IMG/VR virus record: IMGVR_UViG_3300045988_019785
Location: 1 to 31,278 of that record
Reading direction: 5' to 3' (one strand)
DNA from: a virus
DNA length: 31,278 nucleotides
The notes beneath the pieces are model-generated. The model saw nothing but the letters and a program-made list of their open reading frames with translations. It was not told the DNA's origin and did no database searches. A program made the translations under genes and the position numbers. The first letter of the stretch is position 1. Every line of letters starts with the position of its first letter. Positions 9,394-17,251 of the stretch are shown one piece after another.

Positions 9394-9831
9394 ATGTTGA
9401 GCCCTGAGACTATGGGTAGCCTTATTGGGGCTATCCTAGCGGGTATTTTAGCGGTAGGTTATAGCGGAGTTAAAGTCTATAAGGCTATGTCTGGGTCGCT
9501 TAAGAGGATAAAAGACCTTACTGCTGACCTGAAAGCTGATACTGAAGCATTAGTTTTTGACAAAACTGACGCTGAAGGCAACACAGTTCAGGATAAGTTG
9601 AATATTCTACTTAAGCAAGCTGACAAGACTAACACGGATTTAGAGATTCTGTCGTCTACAACGGCGGAAATTAAGGGGGTACTAAACCGGCATGATAAGG
9701 AGATCGGCCGGTTTAATGACAATATCACCCAGATTAATGATCGTGTGTCCAATACCGAGCGCATGTTGACTTCTAGGTTAGAAGAACATGGCCAGCGTCT
9801 GCTGGCTGTGGAGACAAGGAAGGAGGGTTAA
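9394..9831 (+). CDS. Membrane-anchored coiled-coil protein (lysis-associated? function unknown)
   Basis: 145 aa. It has an N-terminal TM helix (SLIGAILAGILAVGYSG) and then a long heptad-like coiled coil. Its stop overlaps the endolysin start (TAATG). The segment looks AT-richer than its neighbours by eye. Confidence 0.55.
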   Translation: MLSPETMGSLIGAILAGILAVGYSGVKVYKAMSGSLKRIKDLTADLKADTEALVFDKTDAEGNTVQDKLNILLKQADKTNTDLEILSSTTAEIKGVLNRHDKEIGRFNDNITQINDRVSNTERMLTSRLEEHGQRLLAVETRKEG

Positions 9832-10685
9832 TGGGATACGTATCTGTGGGCCCTAAGTATAACGGCCAGGAAGCTTATGCTGCTGAGATTCCAGCTAAGT
9901 GGTACAAGCTATTCAAGCGCTATATGGCTAAGTATCACCCGGATATCTCGATTATCCTGATCCAGGCTAAGGGAGGCGCAGCTGCGAGTGCAGGAACGCA
10001 CAGCGATGGCTGGGCGTTCGACTTCCAGAACTGGCACCTGACGTCTAAGCAGAACGAGATTCTGGTAGCTGAGTCACGTAGGTTCGGAGGTGTGGCTTGG
10101 GCTAGGTATAGGAGTCAGGGTTTCGAACCCCATGACCATGTGGCTTGTGATTCTGGTGGTAGTTCTGACACTGCCTGCCAGTACCAGGTTGTTGCTGCTC
10201 ATGCTGGGTACAATGGCCTAGGCTACCGAGGCCGTAAGGCCTCTGATAATCACCCCGCACCTGCCAGGTGGGTTACATGTGCCCAGGGTATAGGCATGCT
10301 GGAAGCTATCCTGGGTGGATTCAAGACAAACGAGGAAGGACCAACATTGGACAAGAGCGAACTGATTCAGGCTGTACGTGAAGGCGTTGGCGGACTCAAC
10401 TGGGGTAACGAGACGTTCGGTGCGTACCTCGGACGTATGCAGGCTGCTTGCCAGACTGCTGCGTACTACGCCCACCAGGCTGCTACTCAGACTGCACCCA
10501 TCACCCGGCCTGGCGACCCGTCTGCTGACAGCCGTGGGCAGGTTGTGATCCGCCAGGAGATCGCTGACGCTAAAACTCGCATCACTGCGGTGCAGGCTCA
10601 GATGGAGGAACTGCGCAACTCTATCTCAGTTCTGGCTGATCTGGTGCGAGGCCTGGCTCCTCGGGATCCCGGAGTCACTGCCTGA
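9831..10685 (+). CDS. Endolysin, LAS/peptidase M15-type zinc peptidase N-terminal domain
   Basis: The motif H-x2-G-x-A-x-D (THSDGWAFD) plus a downstream HDH (EPHDHVA) matches the M15/VanY-like metallopeptidase signature. The gene sits in a lysis cassette upstream of the holin. Confidence 0.75.
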   Translation: MGYVSVGPKYNGQEAYAAEIPAKWYKLFKRYMAKYHPDISIILIQAKGGAAASAGTHSDGWAFDFQNWHLTSKQNEILVAESRRFGGVAWARYRSQGFEPHDHVACDSGGSSDTACQYQVVAAHAGYNGLGYRGRKASDNHPAPARWVTCAQGIGMLEAILGGFKTNEEGPTLDKSELIQAVREGVGGLNWGNETFGAYLGRMQAACQTAAYYAHQAATQTAPITRPGDPSADSRGQVVIRQEIADAKTRITAVQAQMEELRNSISVLADLVRGLAPRDPGVTA

Positions 10686-10704
10686 TAGCCTGAAAGGAGG
10701 TGTG

Positions 10705-10731
10705 GTCCCCTGGTAGATAGTATCAGGGGAC
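10705..10731 (+). promoter_or_regulatory. Intergenic hairpin between the endolysin and GH16-like genes (8-bp stem, 11-nt loop)
   Basis: gtcccctg (10705-10712) pairs with caggggac (10724-10731). The 5' arm overlaps a GTGTGGTC copy (10700-10707) that directly follows AAGGAGG. No U-tract follows, so it is not a classical terminator. Confidence 0.4.
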
Positions 10732-10740
10732 TCTCCCCCA

Positions 10741-11448
10741 ATGAAAGACTACTTGAAAAAGAAACCACTATATGACTACAGGTCATACGGTGGGTGGGGT
10801 ATACAGCGTCCTGAGCACGGTACTCTAGGTCGCTTCGACCCGGCCATGACTAAGCTACTACCAGACGGCCGCACGTTCGAACTTAAGATGCAGTTCGACC
10901 GTCCAGCATACCTCATGTATACAGAGGCGGGGGCCACACACGAGAAGGCGCTGCATAACTCGCTGAGGTGTGGTTCATGGGCAAGCTTGTACAACGTCAA
11001 GGGTGAAGGCTACTGGTCCATGTGGGTCAAGAACCCACCCTCCTGGACGACTGAAATGGTAGCTATGCTGTGGCCCGAGGAAGACTCTAGGTGGCCTGAG
11101 GGCGAGATCAACTTCATGGAGACCCAGTCGGACAAGACCAAGACTCAGTTGAATCTCCACTGGCCCTCACCTAAGGACAGCTCTCCACAGCACTGGCCTG
11201 TGACGATCGACCTCGACACGCGCCAGTGGCACAAGTACGGGGTGCGTATCTACCCTGACTGTATACGGTGGTTTGTAGACGACAAGATGGTGAGGCACCT
11301 AGACACAGAGTTCTCACCCTACAATACCCGCCTGCACTTCGCTGTGCAGTGCGGTGTGAATCAGAACTTCGGGGTGATGTGGCACAAGGACATCGCCTGG
11401 GAAGAGAACATGTACATCATCCCTGAGAGAGCCCCAGGGATACTGTAG
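10741..11448 (+). CDS. GH16-like / concanavalin-A-like glucanase-fold protein in the lysis cassette
   Basis: MLWPEEDSRWPEGEINFME matches the GH16 W-P-x-GEIDIxE catalytic strand, with Asn replacing the middle Asp. The downstream WHKYGVRIYPDCIRWFVDDKMV matches the GH16 pattern 'H.Y...W.p..i.w.vD'. Confidence 0.6.
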   Translation: MKDYLKKKPLYDYRSYGGWGIQRPEHGTLGRFDPAMTKLLPDGRTFELKMQFDRPAYLMYTEAGATHEKALHNSLRCGSWASLYNVKGEGYWSMWVKNPPSWTTEMVAMLWPEEDSRWPEGEINFMETQSDKTKTQLNLHWPSPKDSSPQHWPVTIDLDTRQWHKYGVRIYPDCIRWFVDDKMVRHLDTEFSPYNTRLHFAVQCGVNQNFGVMWHKDIAWEENMYIIPERAPGIL

Positions 11449-11459
11449 TTAGGAGACAC

Positions 11460-11765
11460 ATGGATATTACTACGCTCGCCACTGTACCGGCTATGCTCGC
11501 TATTGTCGAGCTTCTGAAGCGCATCGGCCTGCCGGCTAAGGCCGCTATGCCGGTTACTGTGGTCCTGTCCGTTGCTCTGGGCCTTGCTCAGACTTTCCTT
11601 GGAGGTGATCCTGTCTACCAGGCTGCCGCTAAGTACCTGCTGATGGGTCTCGGTGCGTGTGGCCTCTACGATGCAGCTAAGATTGCATCCCCTACCGTGG
11701 AGCAGAAGAACGAGTTGAACACCACTGTCCCTCGTCGTGCTGAGGCTCCTGAGGTGACTGCCTGA
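11460..11765 (+). CDS. Holin
   Basis: 101 aa with 2-3 hydrophobic helices (TLATVPAMLAIVELL, VTVVLSVALGLAQTFL, LLMGLGACGLY) and a charged C-terminus. RBS-like AGGAG 6-7 nt upstream. It is the last gene before the terminator, next to the lysins. Confidence 0.65.
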   Translation: MDITTLATVPAMLAIVELLKRIGLPAKAAMPVTVVLSVALGLAQTFLGGDPVYQAAAKYLLMGLGACGLYDAAKIASPTVEQKNELNTTVPRRAEAPEVTA

Positions 11766-11778
11766 TCTAAGGCATAAA

Positions 11779-11815
11779 ATAACCCCCTACCTGTTAGGTA
11801 GGGGGTTATTTGTTT
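11779..11815. terminator. Bidirectional rho-independent terminator at the convergence of the late (+) and early (-) arms
   Basis: Perfect 13-bp stem: ataaccccctacc (11779-11791) pairs with ggtagggggttat (11797-11809). 5-nt loop. Flanked by AAAA on the 5' side and TTTGTTT on the 3' side, so there are U-tracts on both strands. Confidence 0.85.
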
Positions 11816-11829
11816 ACTAGGGTCATAGG

Positions 11830-11901
11830 CTACCTCAACTCGTTGAGGAAGTATAGGGTCGCTAGAATCACAACGGGGACTAGCAGAACTATCTCTAACA
11901 T
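11830..11901 (-). CDS. Tiny hydrophobic peptide (23 aa, MLEIVLLVPVVILATLYFLNELR), speculative
   Basis: ATG at 11901 with GAGGA about 9 nt upstream. Below the ORF-track size cut-off. A single TM-like helix. It would be the last ORF of the early arm. Confidence 0.25.
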   Translation of the reverse strand: MLEIVLLVPVVILATLYFLNELR

Positions 11902-11940
11902 GATATCAGTCCTCATTTGATATTGGCTTGCTGAAGTCCG

Positions 11941-12117
11941 TCACTTCTTGTCTCCAAGATGTTTCTTGATGATGCGCTTGATGATTTTCTCAGGTGGCCA
12001 GCAGTACAGGCCTGATACCTGAGCAATCTCTTGACCACACGCCAGGCGTTGCTCCTGGCTAGTGTGGGGGTAGTAGTAGCGTAGCTGTGCTGCCATCGCT
12101 TCCGGGTCGATCACCAT
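11941..12117 (-). CDS. Hypothetical 58-aa protein (not in the ORF track)
   Basis: Its ATG overlaps the stop of 12111..12377 (ATGGTGA coupling). I translated it by hand as MVIDPEAMAAQLRYYYPHTSQEQRLACGQEIAQVSGLYCWPPEKIIKRIIKKHLGDKK. Confidence 0.5.
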   Translation of the reverse strand: MVIDPEAMAAQLRYYYPHTSQEQRLACGQEIAQVSGLYCWPPEKIIKRIIKKHLGDKK

Positions 12118-12377
12118 AGTGCGTCTCCAATCGAGTCGATCTCGTCCATAAGGTTGTCTAGTTCACAGTAGTAGCAGTATGCGGCCAGGTAATCAGGCAG
12201 GTCCACACCGTCCCAAGTGACCTTACCTTCAGCAGCGTGGTCAATGTCAATCTTGAGGTTGACGAGGATGCCTTCCTGTAGGTCCTCACCGTACACGTTG
12301 AGTACGTGGTCGTGTAGCTCAGCAAGGTCGATGCCGTGCTCGGCTACGTACTCAGGGTCTCTCTTGAATCCTAGCAT
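12111..12377 (-). CDS. Hypothetical protein (88 aa, acidic)
   Basis: ORF in the co-directional early operon, overlapping both neighbours. No motif recognised. Confidence 0.6.
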   Translation of the reverse strand: MLGFKRDPEYVAEHGIDLAELHDHVLNVYGEDLQEGILVNLKIDIDHAAEGKVTWDGVDLPDYLAAYCYYCELDNLMDEIDSIGDALW

Positions 12378-12826
12378 TGGGTTGCCTCCATGTCGTCTAG
12401 CAGGTATACCAGCGGTGAGCGTTCAACTCCTGGTATAGCCCTCAGTTTTGTGATTGTCTCTTTCAGGCTCAGGTCTGTAGGGATCGCCCTGAACGCCTCT
12501 AATTCTAGCACAGTTTCGCAGTGAGTGTCTAGTACCCACTCAGCTCTGAGCATGAGGGCTGATACGGGGTCAGTGAGCAGGTCCCCTACAAGACTGTCGT
12601 CGATGCCCTCACCCATGTGGTCGTACAGCTCTTCACCGCACGGTAGGTACCTGTCTGCGGCCTTCTGGCAGTACTGTACTGCCCAGTAGCGAGGGCATAC
12701 CCACAGCTCCCACTCCCACATGAAGTCGTCTATCAGCTCATCATAGCCCCACTCGGTCAGCTTGTCGAGGACCTTAAGGTGCCCTGGTGTGGCTGATACT
12801 TTACGAAGCTCATCAATAGTGTACAT
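12371..12826 (-). CDS. Hypothetical protein (151 aa)
   Basis: ORF in the early operon. Trp/Cys-rich N-terminal half. No motif recognised. Confidence 0.6.
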   Translation of the reverse strand: MYTIDELRKVSATPGHLKVLDKLTEWGYDELIDDFMWEWELWVCPRYWAVQYCQKAADRYLPCGEELYDHMGEGIDDSLVGDLLTDPVSALMLRAEWVLDTHCETVLELEAFRAIPTDLSLKETITKLRAIPGVERSPLVYLLDDMEATQC

Positions 12827-12829
12827 TGT

Positions 12830-13003
12830 TCACCGCTCCACTACGAGAAAGGTTGCTTCGACTGGTGTGTGTTGTGAGGCATCCCAGTAGATATCTCCCA
12901 GCTCACTGGTGTAGAGGTAGCCGCACTCGAGGAGTGCCTCGATGCTAGCTCCGTAGAAGTTCTCGACGGTCTCGACTCGGATTGTTCCCTGTGTTTCGAT
13001 CAT
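12830..13003 (-). CDS. Hypothetical 57-aa protein (not in the ORF track)
   Basis: I translated it by hand as MIETQGTIRVETVENFYGASIEALLECGYLYTSELGDIYWDASQHTPVEATFLVVER. It fills the gap between the primase and the next gene. Its stop lies 3 nt before the next ATG. Confidence 0.45.
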   Translation of the reverse strand: MIETQGTIRVETVENFYGASIEALLECGYLYTSELGDIYWDASQHTPVEATFLVVER

Positions 13004-13022
13004 GGTATTACCTTACCACACT

Positions 13023-14624
13023 CTAGAGCGATTGCACAACCTCAGGCTGCCACTCTCCCGGAGTGTCTAGCCCGGTGACGACAAGGTCTTGTGACCCTGA
13101 CTTAGTTTCTACTTGAATACTCAACGACTCTGCTTGTCGAGATATGTACAGACTGTTGTCTGACCAGGCATGTAGGGCCACACTGCCTGCTAGTGCAGCA
13201 CCGCCAGTCGACGGCGCGTCCTTGCTGGCCTTACGCGTGTGGTGCACTATAAGCTGAGCGCACCCTGTGGCCTGAGCTACAGCCTTGATGGGCTGTAGGA
13301 TCTGCCCGTACATAGCCTGTGAGTCATTGATCGACTCTGTGGTCAGCATAGACAAGGTGTCATAGCACACTAGGCCTATACCCATAGATTCTACGGTCTC
13401 GCCTATCTCTTCGGCTAGCTCTGGTGACAGCCCCTGTGTGGGCCTGCCTGCTATGTAGAGGGGTATCTCCCCGTCAGGGGGGTTAAGCTCCAGCACGCCA
13501 GACTTGCAGGTTATGTACCCTCGAGGGTCATGGTGGGGGAAACGACACTGGAGGATAGTCTGTACGCGAGACCACACGCGCGATAGGCTATCCTCCGCCT
13601 CGATGATGAGGCAGGGCGCCTGGTGTGACCTAGCGTACCCTAGCACTGGTTGGCCTAGAGACAGACTAATAGCCATATCGAGCATTATCCACGACTTGTA
13701 GTGCTTAGGCGGTGCAGCTATGAAGCCACAGCCACCCTCCTCTACCAGGCCGTCTATACGCCACCGCGGAGGGGGCATGTTGACTAGCTCAGATAGTTTC
13801 CTAACCTGAAGCAAGGGCTCTCTAGGTGAATCTTCAACTATCTCGATAGTCTCAGTAGTTTTAGACCCTGCAAGGTCTAGTTTACTAGCTACCCTCTGAA
13901 CCTCAGCCCTCAGCTTGTCTACTGAACCCCATTTATTAAGGCACGTGTGCCTGATCAAGCCAGGGATAAACTCTGGCTCAACCCCACACTCCAGCATGCT
14001 AGCTATAGCCGCGTACAACTGGCTCGACCTGTCACCAAGGGCTTTACTAGCACGAAGCTGCCCAGCTATAGACGAAGAGCTACCGTCCAGTGTACGGTAC
14101 ACTGCTGAGACCAGCTCACCAGGAGTTTGTGTGGTCCCATACGAGGGCCGGCCTACCTGACAACCTCGCTTATGCGAGGGAGTGCCAGGTACCCTGAGTA
14201 GCTGAGTAGCATCCCAGCCTCCAGGGTCGCATCCAAGCACGTGGCTGACAGCCCTAGACAGGCTGTCCTGATCAGGCTGAGGCACAGTCTCAGTCAGTCT
14301 CCAGATAGCCTGTGTGTGGCCCGGGCTGCTAGACCACACAGCGAGGGGGTTAGTCCCCTCCGTGTGGCCGTCGTCTACGTCAGACCATATCAGTGGGCCT
14401 GCTTTGAGGAACTCCGCTTTCCTTTCTGGCTTACTGAAAAGACCGGGAGTGAAATATACATCCTGCCCAGCTTCAACGAGATCCCGCACGTAGCATTTCG
14501 CTTCGTCAAGTTGGTCCACAGCCCGAAAGGCCTTGCCCGGGTTGAAAGCCTGACCCGGCCACGTGATCCCACAGATGAAAAAATACCCATCACAACCCTC
14601 CCAGATTGTCTCGAAGAACCTCAT
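13023..14624 (-). CDS. Bifunctional primase-polymerase / RecA-type replicative helicase (prim-pol + AAA_25/RepA-like)
   Basis: N-terminal AEP/RepB-type motifs: DVYFTPGLF, IWSDVDD, SSPGHTQAIWRL. C-terminal helicase motifs: FIAAPPKHYKS (degenerate Walker A), CLIIEAEDS (Walker B) and LIVHHTRK. ATG at 14624 is preferred over TTG at 14630. Either start overlaps the VRR-NUC 3' end by about 35 nt, so the start is uncertain. Confidence 0.8.
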   Translation of the reverse strand: MRFFETIWEGCDGYFFICGITWPGQAFNPGKAFRAVDQLDEAKCYVRDLVEAGQDVYFTPGLFSKPERKAEFLKAGPLIWSDVDDGHTEGTNPLAVWSSSPGHTQAIWRLTETVPQPDQDSLSRAVSHVLGCDPGGWDATQLLRVPGTPSHKRGCQVGRPSYGTTQTPGELVSAVYRTLDGSSSSIAGQLRASKALGDRSSQLYAAIASMLECGVEPEFIPGLIRHTCLNKWGSVDKLRAEVQRVASKLDLAGSKTTETIEIVEDSPREPLLQVRKLSELVNMPPPRWRIDGLVEEGGCGFIAAPPKHYKSWIMLDMAISLSLGQPVLGYARSHQAPCLIIEAEDSLSRVWSRVQTILQCRFPHHDPRGYITCKSGVLELNPPDGEIPLYIAGRPTQGLSPELAEEIGETVESMGIGLVCYDTLSMLTTESINDSQAMYGQILQPIKAVAQATGCAQLIVHHTRKASKDAPSTGGAALAGSVALHAWSDNSLYISRQAESLSIQVETKSGSQDLVVTGLDTPGEWQPEVVQSL

Positions 14625-14895
14625 CCTCAACCCTAGCTATCTCTTCCTGGTAGGTATCTGGTGTGACACACGCCCAATACCCTCCGGCTGACATGATATC
14701 AGCCCCAACTCGAATTTGCCACTGGCTCAAAGATGAGCCTGTTTTAAGCTCCAGACCTATGAATCTACCTCTGAAGCAGGCTATCAGGTCTGGGATGCCT
14801 TTCTTAGTGTACTGGCTGGCGTGGTATTTGACAACCCACCAACCGCGCGACTCTAGATACTTCTGTATTTGTCTTGAGAACTTGCTCTCTAGCAT
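14590..14895 (-). CDS. VRR-NUC domain nuclease
   Basis: MLESKFSRQIQKYLESRGWWVVKYH...KGIPDLIACFRGRFIGLELKTG contains the VRR-NUC PD-(D/E)xK core (G-x-PD ... E-x-K). The internal ATG at 14895 with an upstream AGGAG is preferred. The ORF-track N-terminal extension overlaps the SSB gene and is low-complexity. Confidence 0.8.
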   Translation of the reverse strand: MLESKFSRQIQKYLESRGWWVVKYHASQYTKKGIPDLIACFRGRFIGLELKTGSSLSQWQIRVGADIMSAGGYWACVTPDTYQEEIARVEDEVLRDNLGGL

Positions 14896-14932
14896 GCCCA
14901 GGGCAGGGCTCCTGTCCCTGCCCCAGACTATG

Positions 14933-15376
14933 TCAGAGAATGTCGTCGAACTCGCCGAAGTCGTCTTCGTCGTCCTGCTGGACTTCCTCAGCCTTGGGCT
15001 CAACCTCAGCGAACTTGGCCACACGTGCTACACGTGACCTCAACTTGTCGTAGAATGTGTCATCCTCAAGCTCAACGTTGATCTTTTTACCAACATATTT
15101 GTCGGGGTCAATCTGCACAACCTTGCTAGGAACCTTAGTCCCAGCGGCTTCAATCAGTTCGCGGAGCTTCCACAGCTGGTTAGGGACAATCTTGCAGTAG
15201 TAGGGGTAGCGTCCAGGGCCACATTCGATAGCAAAGACAAGCATGTCAGTGCCATCTTTCTTAGCTTTGGCCAGCTCCACACCAGCTATCTCAGCGTTGT
15301 ACACGCCTGGCTCCTGATGAGCAGAGGTGTATGTGGGGGCCTTGACATTACTGAAGTCGATTGAGAGTTTAGCCAT
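14933..15376 (-). CDS. Single-stranded DNA-binding protein (DUF669/T7 gp2.5-like) with an acidic C-terminal tail
   Basis: Starts MAKLSIDFSNVKAP... (ATG 15376, preceded by AAGGAAAGGGA). Ends ...EEVQQDDEDDFGEFDDIL, an acidic/aromatic tail like those of SSB and gp2.5. It is adjacent to an AAA_24 ATPase, as in known DUF669 modules. Confidence 0.6.
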   Translation of the reverse strand: MAKLSIDFSNVKAPTYTSAHQEPGVYNAEIAGVELAKAKKDGTDMLVFAIECGPGRYPYYCKIVPNQLWKLRELIEAAGTKVPSKVVQIDPDKYVGKKINVELEDDTFYDKLRSRVARVAKFAEVEPKAEEVQQDDEDDFGEFDDIL

Positions 15377-15644
15377 TGTTAGTTTCCCTTTCCTTGAGGA
15401 TTGATCGGATGTAGTCGATTGTAGCAGTAGTAGTGGTAAAGAAGCAAACCGTGATGGTGAACATATCGCGGTTGATGTTATCATTGTAGCGGACCTCGTA
15501 CTGGCCTACCTGATGGGCCACAGTGATGGGGTTGGGTACGTCAATAACCGCAAGGTCCTTGTGCTCGATACGCCAAGGCAGGTCATCCATCTGATCACAC
15601 AGGCGAATGAGTGCATTGCTACATACCTTTGAAAAATCAATCAT
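15369..15644 (-). CDS. Hypothetical protein (91 aa)
   Basis: ATG at 15644 overlaps the stop of the upstream ATPase gene (ATGATTGA). No motif recognised. Confidence 0.55.
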   Translation of the reverse strand: MIDFSKVCSNALIRLCDQMDDLPWRIEHKDLAVIDVPNPITVAHQVGQYEVRYNDNINRDMFTITVCFFTTTTATIDYIRSILKERETNNG

Positions 15645-16299
15645 GTGTGAGGTACCTTTCAAGTCGCTCCCAAGTGGGAGACCCCAACCAAGGCTTGCGG
15701 GCTGCTATATCAGCTCTGCACCCTGCCACGATACCCTGTGTAGGCTTGAGCCACATACGATACCCGGTGTTGGAGTCTCTCTTAACTGACTCCGTATAGC
15801 CTATCACGTCCGCATACATGAGTGCAAACTGTCGAGCCTGGCCTGGAAGAGCCAACGTGACTTCCTTAGTCTGGGCCACATCAGCGTCCTCGGGGTCAGC
15901 CTCATCCACGTAGGTGACCTTAGCCTGTCCCGTGAGTACCACAGGGATGTCAAGACCACGCAGAGTAAGGATGAGTGACTTAATCAGTTCGTTAGCCTGA
16001 CCATACTGAGGCAGGCTAACCGGCTTGGCGACCGTTAGGAGGTCGCCACGCTTACGCCCAGAGACGAAATTCAGAGCAAGCTCATGGGCTACCGTAATAC
16101 TATCCAGGGCCACAGCTGTGGGAGGCTTGGCTACGATAGACTGAACCTCTTTGGCCAGGGCCTCCCAGGTATCTACCTGTGTGGTCTCGGCCTGTACTGC
16201 ACGGGTGCCTCCCTCGAGGTCGATGATGCGTACCCCCGGCACCGTAGCTGCGAAAGTGGTTTTGCCCGTTTTAGGCTGGCCATACACTAGCGTAATCAT
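15637..16299 (-). CDS. AAA_24 / Sak4-like RecA-core ATPase (recombination mediator)
   Basis: N-terminal Walker A (MITLVYGQPKTGKTTFA). The size (220 aa) and the neighbourhood (exonuclease upstream, SSB downstream) are typical of Sak4-like proteins. ATGA coupling with the exonuclease gene. Confidence 0.8.
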   Translation of the reverse strand: MITLVYGQPKTGKTTFAATVPGVRIIDLEGGTRAVQAETTQVDTWEALAKEVQSIVAKPPTAVALDSITVAHELALNFVSGRKRGDLLTVAKPVSLPQYGQANELIKSLILTLRGLDIPVVLTGQAKVTYVDEADPEDADVAQTKEVTLALPGQARQFALMYADVIGYTESVKRDSNTGYRMWLKPTQGIVAGCRADIAARKPWLGSPTWERLERYLTHD

Positions 16300-17243
16300 T
16301 TGTACCTTTCCATAGGGTCGCGCTTGTCGTAGAATTGTAAGAATTGCTCTTCAGTGCCGAACTCAACTCGTGCTGCGGCGAGCTTGCCCATACGGCATAG
16401 GTAGGAATTACCGCATACGCTAGGGTTTCGGTCTTCTGGTGGCTTAGACCAGTCATACTCCCCAACCTGCCTAGCCCACCTCAGTATCGATTTGATCTGC
16501 CTGGCATGCACCTCCTTATTGAACGGCACCAGCAGCCTGGTGAAAGCTGGGCAATGTTGACGCTTCAACAACTCAGCCTCCTTCGCAATGACATCGCACT
16601 CAGCTGAGGTGATCTCCGTCCGATGCTCATGAGCCCAGTCTACCAGAGATCGGTAGCAAGTGCTACCTGTGGACCCCTTAGTAATCTTGAGCTTACCTGT
16701 CTTGGTCAGTTGAGGCCACACGACACGCTGTGGCTGGATGTAGTCCCAGATCATCCCTCCCAGAGGAAGGTCCCAACCAAGACGCTTCTTGTTACCTTCA
16801 AGCAACCAGAGGTATGCATGAGACTGAATGTCCAGCTGCCGGTACTCGGCTGTAGGGAGGGTCTGATGTGTCTTGTGGTCCAGCACCCACAGACGGCCTC
16901 CGAGCTCGACTACCTTATCGATCTTACCTCGGTAGTCGTGGTTACACCCTGGGATGCCCCTGCTCAAATCGAGCTCGCACGCCAGGACGTTGAGGGGCTC
17001 ATCACGGTAGCGGTACTCATAGGCACGGTACACACGGTCAAGGTCATCATAGATCTGATGCTCTTCCTCCATGAGGTCCTCTGGGCGCTCTGGGGGAGTA
17101 CCTGTCTCGAGCCACGAGTGGAGGTAGGTACCTCTATCTAGGGCCGTACCCGGGTGGGGCTTAGCTGTGATCCCCTGGAGGTCATAGTAGGCCTCCAGAG
17201 GGCAATTCAGCCAGCTCTTAATCAAGCTTGTCGTTACTTGCAT
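16296..17243 (-). CDS. PD-(D/E)XK (Cas4/RecB-like) exonuclease
   Basis: GKIDKVVELGGRLWVLDHKT carries the D...D-x-K nuclease core. There is an N-terminal Cys (WLNCP) and C-terminal cysteines (HCPAF, VCGNSYLC), as in Cas4-like Fe-S nucleases. Good RBS (AGGAGAC) before ATG 17243. Confidence 0.7.
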   Translation of the reverse strand: MQVTTSLIKSWLNCPLEAYYDLQGITAKPHPGTALDRGTYLHSWLETGTPPERPEDLMEEEHQIYDDLDRVYRAYEYRYRDEPLNVLACELDLSRGIPGCNHDYRGKIDKVVELGGRLWVLDHKTHQTLPTAEYRQLDIQSHAYLWLLEGNKKRLGWDLPLGGMIWDYIQPQRVVWPQLTKTGKLKITKGSTGSTCYRSLVDWAHEHRTEITSAECDVIAKEAELLKRQHCPAFTRLLVPFNKEVHARQIKSILRWARQVGEYDWSKPPEDRNPSVCGNSYLCRMGKLAAARVEFGTEEQFLQFYDKRDPMERYK

Positions 17244-17251
17244 GTCTCCTA

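Noticed and set aside
10700-10720. Mini-ORF GTG-TGG-TCC-CCT-GGT-AGA-TAG directly after AAGGAGG, between the endolysin and GH16-like genes.
   Set aside because: It is only 6 codons long. The GTG is part of the enriched GTGTGGTC word, and the same AGGAGG-GTGTGGTC arrangement recurs at 25026-25038 in non-coding DNA, so a nucleic-acid-level signal is more likely than a peptide.
14896-15024. N-terminal extensions proposed by the ORF track for VRR-NUC (to 15024), SSB (15377..15484), the 91-aa ORF (to 15662), the zinc-ribbon ORF (24028..24063), the tail terminator (1906) and the tape measure (3613).
   Set aside because: The extensions are low-complexity and overlap the upstream gene or a promoter -35 box. 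Internal ATGs with an RBS or stop-start coupling give the conserved N-termini.
16623-17141. 172-aa plus-strand ORF antisense to the Cas4-like exonuclease. The same applies to 14241..14636, 14663..15037, 20600..20824, 21334..21585 and 23442..23774.
   Set aside because: These are opposite-strand shadows within the co-directional minus-strand early operon, with no independent expression signals.
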